This document shows, piece by piece, positions 44,757 to 54,521 of a stretch of 59,967 bases of DNA. The stretch comes from Bacteroidota bacterium (GTDB taxonomy: Bacteria > Bacteroidota > Ignavibacteria > Kapaibacteriales > UBA2268). The notes under the pieces are model-generated. The model saw nothing but the letters and a program-made list of their open reading frames with translations, was not told the DNA's origin and ran no database searches. How positions within the stretch are numbered: the stretch's first letter is position 1; every line of letters starts with the position of its first letter. Position numbers and translations under genes: made by a program. The stretch lies in assembly GCA_021824625.1 (NCBI GenBank), contig JAKAKE010000084.1, positions 1 to 59,967 of the forward strand. Reading direction: 5' to 3'.

Positions 44757-46427
44757 ATGATTAAAAAAGAAGGTATTAATAAAAGAAAAATATATTTAAC
44801 AGGAGTAATGACGGGAGTACTTCTTGCATTGTCATTTCCTCCTTTCCCACTACCATTGCTGAGTTTCGTGGCATTTGTGCCTTTGCTTTTCGCACTCGAT
44901 TTAAAGCAATACAAAAAGCCTTTTCTGTTAATCTATCTGACATTTTTTATTTATCACGGTGGCGCAAACTGGTGGATAAGCTCCTGGCAATCAGATACAG
45001 ACCCATTCCTGATGCTTTCAGGTTTTGCTATATGGCTTGTTCATCCTTTCTTTTTCTTTTTACCATTGAGTTTATTCCTTTTCATCAGAAAAAAATTCGG
45101 ATTGAATATTGCATTATGGCTATTCCCATTTTCATGGGTAGGATTCGAATGGCTTCACAGCCTCGGTGACGTGGCATATCCCTGGATTACAATTGGATAT
45201 ACGCAAATCTACAACAGGATGTGGGTTCAGGCGGCAGACATAAGCGGTGTCTGGGGATTGAGTTTTATGATTGTAATGATTAATGTGATTGTTTATAAAT
45301 TGATTTTGAGATACAATTCAATTCAGCAAGAGAATAAAAATTTTAAAGTTTTTATAAAGACACCTAAGGTAATAGCATTATCTGTCGGATTAATTCTTCT
45401 GATTGCAGCTCCAATGCTTTATGGTGCATTCAAGCTTCCGCAGTTTGACCATGCAAAACTTATAAAAGAAAAAAAATCAATTAAGATTGGTATTATTCAG
45501 CCTAATATTAATCCCTGGAGTAAATGGGAATCGAATGTGTACAGACAAATCAGGGAACATCGCCGAATCAGCGATTCACTTAGAAAAGCAGTCGGGAGGC
45601 TTGACCTCGTGATTTGGAGCGAAACAGCAATTCCATTCCTCAGCTTTGAATTTAACAGCGACCATAAATTTTCGTACATTCAGGACTGGGTTGATTCCTC
45701 AGGCTTTTCGCTTCTCACAGGTTTCACTGATATTTATTTTTACAAAGAGCCAAAGAAAGCACCTAAGACTGCGAAAGTTTTGCTTGGGGATTCGAGCAGA
45801 ATTTATGATTCTTATAATTCTGCGATAGTCATTAATCCATATCCGAACAATACAGACACACAAATATACAGGAAGATGAGATTGACTCCTTTCGGTGAAA
45901 GAATACCTTATGAAGAACTGTTCCTTTTTGCAAGAAAGTGGGTTCAATGGGGGGTAGGTATATCGAGCTGGGCTTTGGGACCGAAGCAATCAGTCCTCGA
46001 AGTAAAAATCAGGGATATACACACTAAGATAGGGCCAATAATCTGCATTGAGTCAATATATCCGGGGTTTGTGAAGGATTTTGTTTCTTTGGGTGCAAAT
46101 ATACTCACAGTTATAACAAATGACGGCTGGTATGATTACACAGTTGGCCCAGAACAGCATTACCAGATTGCCTGCATGAGGGCAATCGAGACAAGGCGGT
46201 ACATAGCAAGATGTGCTAATACAGGTGTTTCAGGTTTCATCACACCGGCAGGAACTTCGATCCTCAAAGCACCACAATACACAAAAATAGGCATTGCGGC
46301 AAGTCTGCCTTTATTGAATGAAAAATCCTTTTATGTAAGGTATGGAGACTGGCTGGTTTATTTGTGTTCAGGAATTTGTGTCCTATTTTTTATTATATCA
46401 TTTTTCCGAAAATCAATCGTGAATTGA
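44757..46427 (+). CDS. lnt: Apolipoprotein N-acyltransferase
   Basis: N-terminal polytopic domain plus a CN-hydrolase domain with 'LVIWSETA' (Glu), 'YRKMRLTPFGERIPY' (Lys) and 'ICIESIYPGF' (Cys). Confidence 0.85.
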   Translation: MIKKEGINKRKIYLTGVMTGVLLALSFPPFPLPLLSFVAFVPLLFALDLKQYKKPFLLIYLTFFIYHGGANWWISSWQSDTDPFLMLSGFAIWLVHPFFFFLPLSLFLFIRKKFGLNIALWLFPFSWVGFEWLHSLGDVAYPWITIGYTQIYNRMWVQAADISGVWGLSFMIVMINVIVYKLILRYNSIQQENKNFKVFIKTPKVIALSVGLILLIAAPMLYGAFKLPQFDHAKLIKEKKSIKIGIIQPNINPWSKWESNVYRQIREHRRISDSLRKAVGRLDLVIWSETAIPFLSFEFNSDHKFSYIQDWVDSSGFSLLTGFTDIYFYKEPKKAPKTAKVLLGDSSRIYDSYNSAIVINPYPNNTDTQIYRKMRLTPFGERIPYEELFLFARKWVQWGVGISSWALGPKQSVLEVKIRDIHTKIGPIICIESIYPGFVKDFVSLGANILTVITNDGWYDYTVGPEQHYQIACMRAIETRRYIARCANTGVSGFITPAGTSILKAPQYTKIGIAASLPLLNEKSFYVRYGDWLVYLCSGICVLFFIISFFRKSIVN

Positions 46428-46457
46428 ATATATTATTCTGTTTTAAATATAAGAAAA

Positions 46458-46567
46458 GTCATTCTGAACTTGGTTCAGAATCTATTTTTTTGCCGGGAAT
46501 AGGAGTGTCAGAGGTTAATACTTACAGCAGATTAAAGCTATGGATGCTGAAATAAATTCAGCATGAC
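46458..46567. repeat. MITE-like double-hairpin element, long copy (110 bp)
   Basis: GTCATTCTGAACTTGGTTCAGAATC...ATGGATGCTGAAATAAATTCAGCATGAC. Hairpins ATTCTGAA/TTCAGAAT and ATGCTGAA/TTCAGCAT, with inverted termini GTCAT...ATGAC. The ends are shared with 29187-29256 but the core differs. Confidence 0.75.
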
Positions 46568-46683
46568 AAAATAATATCATTCATTCAAATTTGCTTTTTA
46601 CCTTTTTTTTTATGAATTTGAAAGATTGAAATGAATTTTCAATTTTGAAAACATATAACGATTATATATTAGGGAGTGATGAA

Positions 46684-49600
46684 ATGAAAAGAGGATTATA
46701 CTACTTATTATTTTTTGTGATAACTACAACATTTTGTTTTGCGTCAGTGCCGTATCATATTAGAATACAAGCCGAACAGCAGAAAAATAAACAAATAAAT
46801 AATACCAGCATTGCTTATCAGATTCGCACTGAAGGACAGAGATTGCCCGATGGCTCTTATACACCGGATAAGATTTACAATATCGAAAGAGTTAGCCCTG
46901 AGCATTATTTACCAAATATGATTCATGTTAAAACCAGAAGCTATTACAAGCTGGGTAAAGGTGAGAAAATTCTCGGCTCATTATCATTGCAAACTGCACT
47001 TTCCGAGTTGAAAGTAATAAATTTAAGAGCACCTTTTGCAAAAAAAGCAGAAAATTCTATACAGTCGGCAGATGAAGAAAACATATCAAGAATTTATGAA
47101 GTATATTATGAATCAAATGTTGACCCTTATGAAGCATGTATGGAACTGATGAAAAATCCCGATGTGGAGTATGCGGTACCTATATTTAAAAGATATTTGT
47201 GCTTAAAACCAAATGACACAAGATACAATCAGCAATGGGGATTACCAAAAATAGGATTGGAAGCGGCATGGGCATTTAGCCAGGGGGATCCAAATGTTGT
47301 AATTGGTATTGTTGACACGGGGGTAGATTGGATTCATGAAGACCTTAATGCTAATATATATATTAATCCCGGAGAAGATGGCTTAGACGGGAACGGACAA
47401 AGTAAAAGAACAAACAATATAGATGATGATGGCAATGGCAAGATTGATGATTGGCATGGCTGGGATTTTGTGGGCAATATAACTTGGAATGAATATGTTC
47501 AAGGAATATTCAAAGCTGATAACGATGCAATAAACATAGGGAATAATCATGGCACTCATGTAGCCGGAGACGCTTCTGCAGTTACTAACAATGGTGTCGG
47601 CGTAGCCGGGCCGGGTTTTAAATGTAAAATTCTTCCAATTAAATGTTCTCCTGATAATCCCGGTGTAACAGCAAATATATTGACCGGATATGAAGGTATA
47701 AAATATGCCGCAGACATGGGATGCAAGGTCATAAACTGCAGTTGGGGCGGTCCCGTATCAAGTCCAGTTGAACAGGAAATAATTAATTATGCTTACAACA
47801 AAGGAGTTGTTGTAGTAGTTGCCGCAGGAAATGACTATGGCTTTAACATTGACCAGGGTGGTCAATACCCCGCTGCAAATGAGAACGTACTTTGCGTTGG
47901 CTCTTCAAACCAGAATGAAAAGGTTTCAGGATTTTCAAATATTGGCAGAAGAGTGAACGTTTATTCTCCGGGAAGCAGCATAATGGCAACATTACCAAAT
48001 AATTCTTACGGCAGTCTTGACGGAACTTCCATGGCATCGCCAATCACAGCGGGAGTTTCAGCCTTAGTTGTCTCTGCTCATCCGACCTGGACTCCAAAGC
48101 AGATTATTCATCAAATTCGCAGTACATCCGATAATGTTTTGACCGCAGACCCCAACCTGAGAAGTTATTATTATGGCAGAATAAATGCATTAAATGCTCT
48201 TCAATTTAATAATGGTGGTTCCCAAAATATTCCCGGAGTTGAGGTAGAAACATATTCGATTGAAGGGAAATCAGCTTTAATTGATGGAACGATAACACAG
48301 GTTAATTTGAAAGTTACTAATTTTTTATCACCAGCTAACCGTTTAAATTTAAAAATAACATCTCTCAGCAGTTTCTTAACAATTGAAAACGACCAAATAA
48401 CAATCGGAACATTAGGTAATTTAGAAAGCACCAATAAAGCTCTTCAGGTACAGCTTCAGCCTAATAATCCATGGTATAACGGAACTGCCGATTTGCTCTT
48501 AACCTTTCAGGCAGATAATTACACAGACTACCAGATTATCAGATTACCAATTAATATTAACAGTAACAATCAATACACGAGGGTTAATTATTTTAGTGAC
48601 GAACAGAGGCCTTATTGGTCCGATGCAATGGCAACCTCAGAGACAAATGTCTGGGCTATTGGCGGCCTTTACGGAAATGTTGGCGGTTATCTGAAAAGGA
48701 CAAATTCAGGAACAACAATTATAACACTCAATTTCCAGGCTGATACTGTATATACTGTTTTTGCATTCGATGAAAGAAGAGTTTATTTAGGTTCAGGAAA
48801 TGACAAAGGACAGGCAAAAATTTTCAGCACCCAGTATGAAAATGGAGGTCAGACTTCCTGGGATGCCATGGATGTTTCAACCATCACAAGCTTTGTCAAC
48901 GGCATACATTTCTTCGATAATAATAACGGCATTTTTCTTGGAGACCCCAAAAACAATAAATTTGGTATAGGAGTTACAAGTAACGGGGGACAGAACTGGA
49001 CACAAATAAATGCCCCACCCGTACCATTATCACAGGAAACAGGCCTCGTTGGCTCAATATACTGGCATGGTGATAACTGCTGGTTTGGTACAACAAAAGG
49101 AAGAGTTTTCAGAACCACCAACCGGGGAATATCATGGTCCTCCGGTGCAATAAATAAAGCACTAAATATTTATTCCTTAGCATTTAAAGATGATTATAAC
49201 GGTATAGCTGTATATTCCGAATCAACTCAACCTGATGCTGACAGGCTGATAGCTTCGACTACAGATAGAGGAGCTACATGGATTGGTAATAAATACAATA
49301 TGACTCAAAATGGACATCTGCCTGTTCATGCTTTCTATCCTGATAGTTCTTCCATGATATATATTTTATGTTCAATGGGTGAAGTTCAGGGTACTTCAAA
49401 CCAAGGGACAAGCTGGTATCCTGTACTTTCGGAAAAGGAAGCAAGGATGTATGTCGGCTCACATGTTTCAATTGGGCAAAACCGGGCACGGCTGTGGGAA
49501 ATTGGTAAAACAGTCGGATTCCTGGATTTCGGATATATACCTATGAACGCTAACAGAGATTTGGAACTTACATCAGGTAATACACTCAATTTTGACACTG

Positions 49601-50181
49601 TAAAAATCGGAAGTTCAAAAATACAAAATGTCGAAATTAAGAATAACGGTAACGTTGATGTCAATATTTTTTCTGTATTCTTCAATTATCCGGCAGGTGT
49701 TGATTCCAGTGAATTTACTTTTTTTGGTACACCACCATCATATATTTCACCTGACGCACTGAAAAAAATAAAAATCAGATTCATTCCTTCTAAAATCGGA
49801 CTCAGGACAGCAGGCCTGTATATTAAATCAGACGGTTCACCCGATGAATTTTCAATTGTGCTGACAGGATTTGCAAAGGATACCACCAACACAGCCGTTG
49901 ATGATTTTAATTATAAAAATAATTTCTTAATTGAAAGTATTAATCCGAATCCTGCATCAGTTCAGGCTTTTTTAGGATTTACTCTACCGAATGACGGTAA
50001 TATCCAAATCTCTGTTTTTAATTCACTTGGCATTGAAACAAAAAAGATTTTTAACGGAATTGCCACATCAGGTGAAAACGTAATACCGATTAATGTTGAA
50101 GACTTTTCCTCGGGTGTTTATTATATTAGAATGAAATTCGGTGAAAGAACTATAAACAGAAAGTTTGTTGTCAGCAGGTAG
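46684..50181 (+). CDS. Subtilisin-family (S8) serine peptidase fused to a BNR/Ycf48-like propeller, an Ig-like domain and a T9SS sorting domain
   Basis: Catalytic triad motifs 'IGIVDTGVDWIHEDL', 'HGTHVAGD' and 'GTSMASPITAG'. Asp-box-like repeats TSNGGQNW, TTNRGISW, TTDRGATW, TSNQGTSW. C-terminal 'INPNPASVQAFLGF...FSSGVYYIRMKF'. I prefer the ATG at 46684, with GGGAG upstream and the signal peptide 'MKRGLYYLLFFVITTTFCFA'. Confidence 0.85.
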   Translation: MKRGLYYLLFFVITTTFCFASVPYHIRIQAEQQKNKQINNTSIAYQIRTEGQRLPDGSYTPDKIYNIERVSPEHYLPNMIHVKTRSYYKLGKGEKILGSLSLQTALSELKVINLRAPFAKKAENSIQSADEENISRIYEVYYESNVDPYEACMELMKNPDVEYAVPIFKRYLCLKPNDTRYNQQWGLPKIGLEAAWAFSQGDPNVVIGIVDTGVDWIHEDLNANIYINPGEDGLDGNGQSKRTNNIDDDGNGKIDDWHGWDFVGNITWNEYVQGIFKADNDAINIGNNHGTHVAGDASAVTNNGVGVAGPGFKCKILPIKCSPDNPGVTANILTGYEGIKYAADMGCKVINCSWGGPVSSPVEQEIINYAYNKGVVVVVAAGNDYGFNIDQGGQYPAANENVLCVGSSNQNEKVSGFSNIGRRVNVYSPGSSIMATLPNNSYGSLDGTSMASPITAGVSALVVSAHPTWTPKQIIHQIRSTSDNVLTADPNLRSYYYGRINALNALQFNNGGSQNIPGVEVETYSIEGKSALIDGTITQVNLKVTNFLSPANRLNLKITSLSSFLTIENDQITIGTLGNLESTNKALQVQLQPNNPWYNGTADLLLTFQADNYTDYQIIRLPININSNNQYTRVNYFSDEQRPYWSDAMATSETNVWAIGGLYGNVGGYLKRTNSGTTIITLNFQADTVYTVFAFDERRVYLGSGNDKGQAKIFSTQYENGGQTSWDAMDVSTITSFVNGIHFFDNNNGIFLGDPKNNKFGIGVTSNGGQNWTQINAPPVPLSQETGLVGSIYWHGDNCWFGTTKGRVFRTTNRGISWSSGAINKALNIYSLAFKDDYNGIAVYSESTQPDADRLIASTTDRGATWIGNKYNMTQNGHLPVHAFYPDSSSMIYILCSMGEVQGTSNQGTSWYPVLSEKEARMYVGSHVSIGQNRARLWEIGKTVGFLDFGYIPMNANRDLELTSGNTLNFDTVKIGSSKIQNVEIKNNGNVDVNIFSVFFNYPAGVDSSEFTFFGTPPSYISPDALKKIKIRFIPSKIGLRTAGLYIKSDGSPDEFSIVLTGFAKDTTNTAVDDFNYKNNFLIESINPNPASVQAFLGFTLPNDGNIQISVFNSLGIETKKIFNGIATSGENVIPINVEDFSSGVYYIRMKFGERTINRKFVVSR

Positions 50182-50216
50182 AAAAAAATATTTTTTTTTC
50201 TGATAAAAGGTTCGTA

Positions 50217-51146
50217 ATGATTTTTATATCCCTCATAATGGCTGTCGCTCCGGCAGTCCTCGTACTGTTATACTATTACAAACAGGATAATGCAAAGCCC
50301 GAACCAAAGGGCTTAATCACAAAGATATTTTTCATAGGATTTGCAAGCATCATACCGGCAATTATTATCGAATTGATTCTTGACGCTGTTGCAGAAGCAA
50401 TACTTTTTTTACCAATCATTTATTTCTTCATCAAATCATTCATAGTTGCAGGACTTGTCGAGGAATCTCTCAAGCTTTTTGTGGTAAAGCAATTCGCTTA
50501 CAAAGATGCACACTTTGATGAGGTGATGGATGGTGTTGTGTATGCGGTCGTAGCGAGCATGGGATTTGCCTGTTTTGAAAATGTATTATATGTAACCGGC
50601 GGGGGCTGGACTCTTGCCCTTTTGAGAGCATTTACCGCAGTACCTCTCCACGCCGTTGCATCAGGCATAATGGGATATTACATAGGAAAAGCAAAATTTA
50701 CACAAACTAAATCTGAAGAATCAAGCCTTATATTTAAAGGTCTGCTGATTGCTGTTCTCATTCATGGAACTTATGATTTCTTCTTATTCTCAATGCCTGT
50801 GCTTGGCAATGCGTCAGGTCTTTTTGTTTTACCTATAATTGTCGGTTCATTTTTGTTCCTGAAGAAAAAAATCAAGCTTGCGATTGCTGAAGATGTCGGT
50901 GAGGGAAGAACGACTGAAGAATATACTTTAAGCAGGTTGATGCCAATACCCGGTTTAGTCAATTATAATAAAATGAGTCGTTCTGAATTATACAGGCATC
51001 TCGAAATGGAAAGGATGCATAGTCAAATGCAGGGAATGAGCCAACAAAAACCTCAGCCTCCTTCTTTTAAGGAGGAATTGGAAAAACAGATTGAGACTGA
51101 GTCAGAAATTAACGGTGAATCAAAGGAATCGCCAGATAAGGAATAA
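50217..51146 (+). CDS. prsW: PrsW-family intramembrane metalloprotease
   Basis: Multi-TM protein with 'GLVEESLKLF' (EExxK), 'FACFEN' and 'HGTYDF' (HxxxD) motifs, and a long acidic cytoplasmic tail. Confidence 0.7.
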   Translation: MIFISLIMAVAPAVLVLLYYYKQDNAKPEPKGLITKIFFIGFASIIPAIIIELILDAVAEAILFLPIIYFFIKSFIVAGLVEESLKLFVVKQFAYKDAHFDEVMDGVVYAVVASMGFACFENVLYVTGGGWTLALLRAFTAVPLHAVASGIMGYYIGKAKFTQTKSEESSLIFKGLLIAVLIHGTYDFFLFSMPVLGNASGLFVLPIIVGSFLFLKKKIKLAIAEDVGEGRTTEEYTLSRLMPIPGLVNYNKMSRSELYRHLEMERMHSQMQGMSQQKPQPPSFKEELEKQIETESEINGESKESPDKE

Positions 51147-51196
51147 TTGGATATGGGGGATGAAAAGTAAAAGATGAACTTTAAGTAGTATTATTA

Positions 51197-51502
51197 TTAA
51201 ATTGAATAAATTACTTTTCCTTCTTTTAGAACTTTACTTAGAAAGCCACTCCTGTCGTAATTTTTATTAAGTATTATAGGTTCAATTCTATTGTCAATAT
51301 TATCAACAAGTTCGTAAAGTTTTGCAGATAAATCCAAGTAATTACCTTTTACCTCATCAACGATGAATGCAACATCAATATCGCTGTATTCCCTTATATC
51401 TCCCCTTGAGTAAGAACCATATAAGATTACCTTCTCAAAGTTTAGGAAACTTTTTGCTTTATCAGCAAGAAGGATTATTTTTTCAATAATTGTTTCATCC
51501 AT
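51197..51502 (-). CDS. Nucleotidyltransferase domain protein (MNT-type)
   Basis: 'ILYGSYSRGDIREYSDIDVAFIV' minimal nucleotidyltransferase motif. It overlaps the upstream HEPN gene by 28 nt. Confidence 0.8.
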   Translation of the reverse strand: MDETIIEKIILLADKAKSFLNFEKVILYGSYSRGDIREYSDIDVAFIVDEVKGNYLDLSAKLYELVDNIDNRIEPIILNKNYDRSGFLSKVLKEGKVIYSI

Positions 51503-51873
51503 AATGAGAATTCTTTTAAATCTTTATAAATATTTTCACAATACTGGCGATTTAGTGTTTTAAATATTTCTTTTTTTTCAATTGGATATCTTGCTTCAAC
51601 ATTCAGAGGCATTAATTTATATAGAAGCTGCTTGTGTGAAGCTGATATTAAAGAATCCAAACCTGACTTTGAAGATAATACTAAGAGATTGTGAGTATAT
51701 GGTGGTTCTTCTCCTATATATTTCCAATAATATGCTTTAAGCAATTTTTCTGATGAAAGATGGCATAAGAATCCAAAATGTAAATATCTCTTTGCCTTCA
51801 GGACAATTTTTGCAGTCTCAAGGTCATACATAGCTAATTCAAGCCAATACTCAACTTTTTCATATATATCCAT
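51475..51873 (-). CDS. HEPN domain protein (intact)
   Basis: 'YWLELAMYDLETAKIVL', 'HLSSEKLLKAYY', 'PPYTHNL' and 'NVEARYP' fit the HEPN (PF05168-like) pattern. It is paired with a nucleotidyltransferase. Confidence 0.75.
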   Translation of the reverse strand: MDIYEKVEYWLELAMYDLETAKIVLKAKRYLHFGFLCHLSSEKLLKAYYWKYIGEEPPYTHNLLVLSSKSGLDSLISASHKQLLYKLMPLNVEARYPIEKKEIFKTLNRQYCENIYKDLKEFSLWMKQLLKK

Positions 51874-52000
51874 AAGTACAAATTTAATTAATTTCTTAAA
51901 TCGTTTGAGACCTTTTTAGCAATTATTATTTCAATGAGATAAAAAACTCTCTCAATTCCTACTTAATTAAAGAAGGAAATTAAATATGGGAAAAATAAAA

Positions 52001-52366
52001 TTAAATAATTCCTACCAAATGTGATTTACACACTCTGCAATCAGATGAGCCAAAGCCTTTGACAGGTACAAATGCGCCTTTTTTCTTCATAATTTTTTGA
52101 TTGTAATAACATTCTTTTCTTTCGGTGGATGGGTATTTCCTGACTTTTATTATTTCTGTGTGTCTTGATGATAGAAGGTAATCAATGTGCCAGTGGATTT
52201 TCTTTGCACCGGCGAGATGCCTTGCGATTCTTTGCTCAAGATTTTTCATTGCACTGCCTGTATAGACATAAAGACTAGCAGAGAAAGAACAAATACCAAG
52301 CGAGCCGACCTTGATTCTCAAATCTTTTTTCACATGGATATATAATTGATATGCACCTGAATTCAT
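52001..52366 (-). CDS. DUF123 / GIY-YIG-like (Uri superfamily) nuclease domain protein
   Basis: 'GAYQLYIHV', 'YVYTGSAMKNLEQRIARHL' and 'KKIHWHIDYLL' match the DUF123 signature as I recall it. The start overlaps the SDR stop. Confidence 0.65.
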   Translation of the reverse strand: MNSGAYQLYIHVKKDLRIKVGSLGICSFSASLYVYTGSAMKNLEQRIARHLAGAKKIHWHIDYLLSSRHTEIIKVRKYPSTERKECYYNQKIMKKKGAFVPVKGFGSSDCRVCKSHLVGII

Positions 52367-53136
52367 GGCTTTTTTTTATTTTTGAAGTATGTAATTAACC
52401 AATCAAATAATGGCACTGGAAGTACTTTAGCGATAAAGGAACCAAGAATAATCGTCTTCGGAAACTTTATTGTTGATTTGTTCTTTTTTATTCCTTTAAC
52501 AATTATTTTTGCCGCTTTATCAGCTTCCATCAGCATTGGCATATAAAAATCATTTTTATCAGTTAAGTTTGATTTGATGAAACCGGGTTTAACTGTAATA
52601 ACTTTGATTCCAAATTTCTTTAATTCAATTCTTGCAGATTCAAGGAAGTTGCTCATTGCCGCCTTGCTCGAAGAATAGGCAGATGAACCGGGCAAGCCTC
52701 TCGCATCGGCAAGTGTGCCAATTCCTACTATTTTTCCAGAGCCCTGCTTCTTCATGAGCGGAAGTACAGCAGTAACTCCATAAGCAATTCCGAAAATATT
52801 AACTTCATACATATACTTGAAAGTATCAATGTTCATACCATCAATATTTTCACTCCCTCCTATTCCCGCATTGAGTATTGCAATGTCAATTCCACCAAAT
52901 GTCTTCAAAGCAAACTCAACGGCAGAGTTCATATTTTCCTGTATTGTTACATCACATACCTTAACGAAACCACTACCGCCCTTGCTTTCGAGCATCTCTT
53001 TCGTTATGTATAACTGCTCTTCATTTCTTGCAAGAAGTAAAACATCAGCACCCCTTCTGCCGTATTCTACAGATAAAGCCCTTCCAATTCCACTCGAAGC
53101 ACCTGTTATTAATACTCTCTGTTTTTCACTAATCAT
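52363..53136 (-). CDS. Short-chain dehydrogenase/reductase (SDR)
   Basis: 'ITGASSGIGRA' (TGxxxGxG), 'NAGIG' and 'YSSSKAA' (YxxxK). Confidence 0.85.
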   Translation of the reverse strand: MISEKQRVLITGASSGIGRALSVEYGRRGADVLLLARNEEQLYITKEMLESKGGSGFVKVCDVTIQENMNSAVEFALKTFGGIDIAILNAGIGGSENIDGMNIDTFKYMYEVNIFGIAYGVTAVLPLMKKQGSGKIVGIGTLADARGLPGSSAYSSSKAAMSNFLESARIELKKFGIKVITVKPGFIKSNLTDKNDFYMPMLMEADKAAKIIVKGIKKNKSTIKFPKTIILGSFIAKVLPVPLFDWLITYFKNKKKP

Positions 53137-53525
53137 TAATGCTATTAAAGAATAAAATTTTCAATTTCTAATAAATTTGCAATGTATTAATTTTCAAAGT
53201 TTTTACTAACATCCTGTAATCAAATTTTCAATGCTCAAAAGTTTATAAATTTGAATCGAACAAAATTATGTTATAATATTTGAATAAATAAAAAAACCTT
53301 ATATAATCCACACAACCTTAGAAACAAGTAAATTAACCAATATCATTAACCTTGTTATTTTTTTAAATGAAAAATTGAAGTAAAATAAGGCAATAAGGTT
53401 GATGTAGGATATATAAGATTGTTACTAATGTCAAAATGGATGAAAATAAGGTTCGGTTTTTATATATTTGATTTTTAAAAATTTTAAATTGAAAATTATA
53501 AATTCATATTCTTCAATTTCTAATA

Positions 53526-54419
53526 TCATTTTAACGAATTAATCAATACAATCATATTATAAAAGAGCAGGTCGAAATAGTTGTTTCTTCCCGTTACTCC
53601 TCCGTTTGGGTCAAGCTGTGCGAGTTTAATCCCTATGGATTCTGCGATTACTTTTGCGGGACCGGGATTAAGCTGTGGTTCAGTGAAGATTGCCTTTGCT
53701 CCTGATTTTTTTATCTTAGCGATTAAATCACCGGTATGCCTTGCAGAAGGTTCAACTCCCGGGTCAATTTCGATAGCACCACCATAATTCATTCCATACC
53801 TTTTAATAAAATACCTGAATGAAGGATGAAAAAGGAATATTGTTTTTCCCCGTATTTGAACAGTTCTTGCCTGAATCTGCAAATTCAGAAGTTCAAGTCT
53901 TGTAATAAATAATTTAGCATTATCGCGATAACTTTTTTCATTTGCTTTATCCAATTTTACAAGAATTTCTGTCAATTTCCCTACAATAGACTTAACTGCA
54001 AGAGGGTCAGTCCAGAAATGCGGGTCAATGATATCATTTGCTGATTCGTGAGATTCATTGCCGTGTTTGTGGGGTTCGGCAAAATTCATTTTATATTCTT
54101 CAGGTAAATAATCCATCAACCTGATTACATTTTTAGCTTGTATTTTCGCCGCCCAGCCGTCCAATTCTTCAGAAACATAAAACAATGCCTTTGCATTTTG
54201 CACTTTCCTTATATCAGATGGATTCGGTGCAAAAGTATGAGGCGAAGCTCCCGGCGGAACGAGTGCAGTAACATCAGCAACATTATGTGTAATCTCTTCC
54301 AGAATAAATTTGACAGGATAGCCGGTAACAACAAATACTGGTTTTTGAGAAAATACAGTATGAGTCTCGTTTATTGCAAAGAATAATACAATCAGAGAAA
54401 AAGCAATAATTTTTTTCAT
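53526..54419 (-). CDS. Metal (Zn/Mn) ABC transporter substrate-binding protein, ZnuA/TroA-like
   Basis: Signal peptide, 'GASPHTFAPNPSD', 'DPHFWTDP' and a His/acidic loop 'EPHKHGNESHESAND'. No permease or ATPase gene is adjacent. Confidence 0.75.
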   Translation of the reverse strand: MKKIIAFSLIVLFFAINETHTVFSQKPVFVVTGYPVKFILEEITHNVADVTALVPPGASPHTFAPNPSDIRKVQNAKALFYVSEELDGWAAKIQAKNVIRLMDYLPEEYKMNFAEPHKHGNESHESANDIIDPHFWTDPLAVKSIVGKLTEILVKLDKANEKSYRDNAKLFITRLELLNLQIQARTVQIRGKTIFLFHPSFRYFIKRYGMNYGGAIEIDPGVEPSARHTGDLIAKIKKSGAKAIFTEPQLNPGPAKVIAESIGIKLAQLDPNGGVTGRNNYFDLLFYNMIVLINSLK

Positions 54420-54521
54420 ATTCTAATTTTATTTTGTAATAAAGAACGTATGCAATTACGTAAAACAAAAGTATTAATTTTGGTATAATTTATGCAGTTA
54501 TTTTATAATTAATTGAATAGA

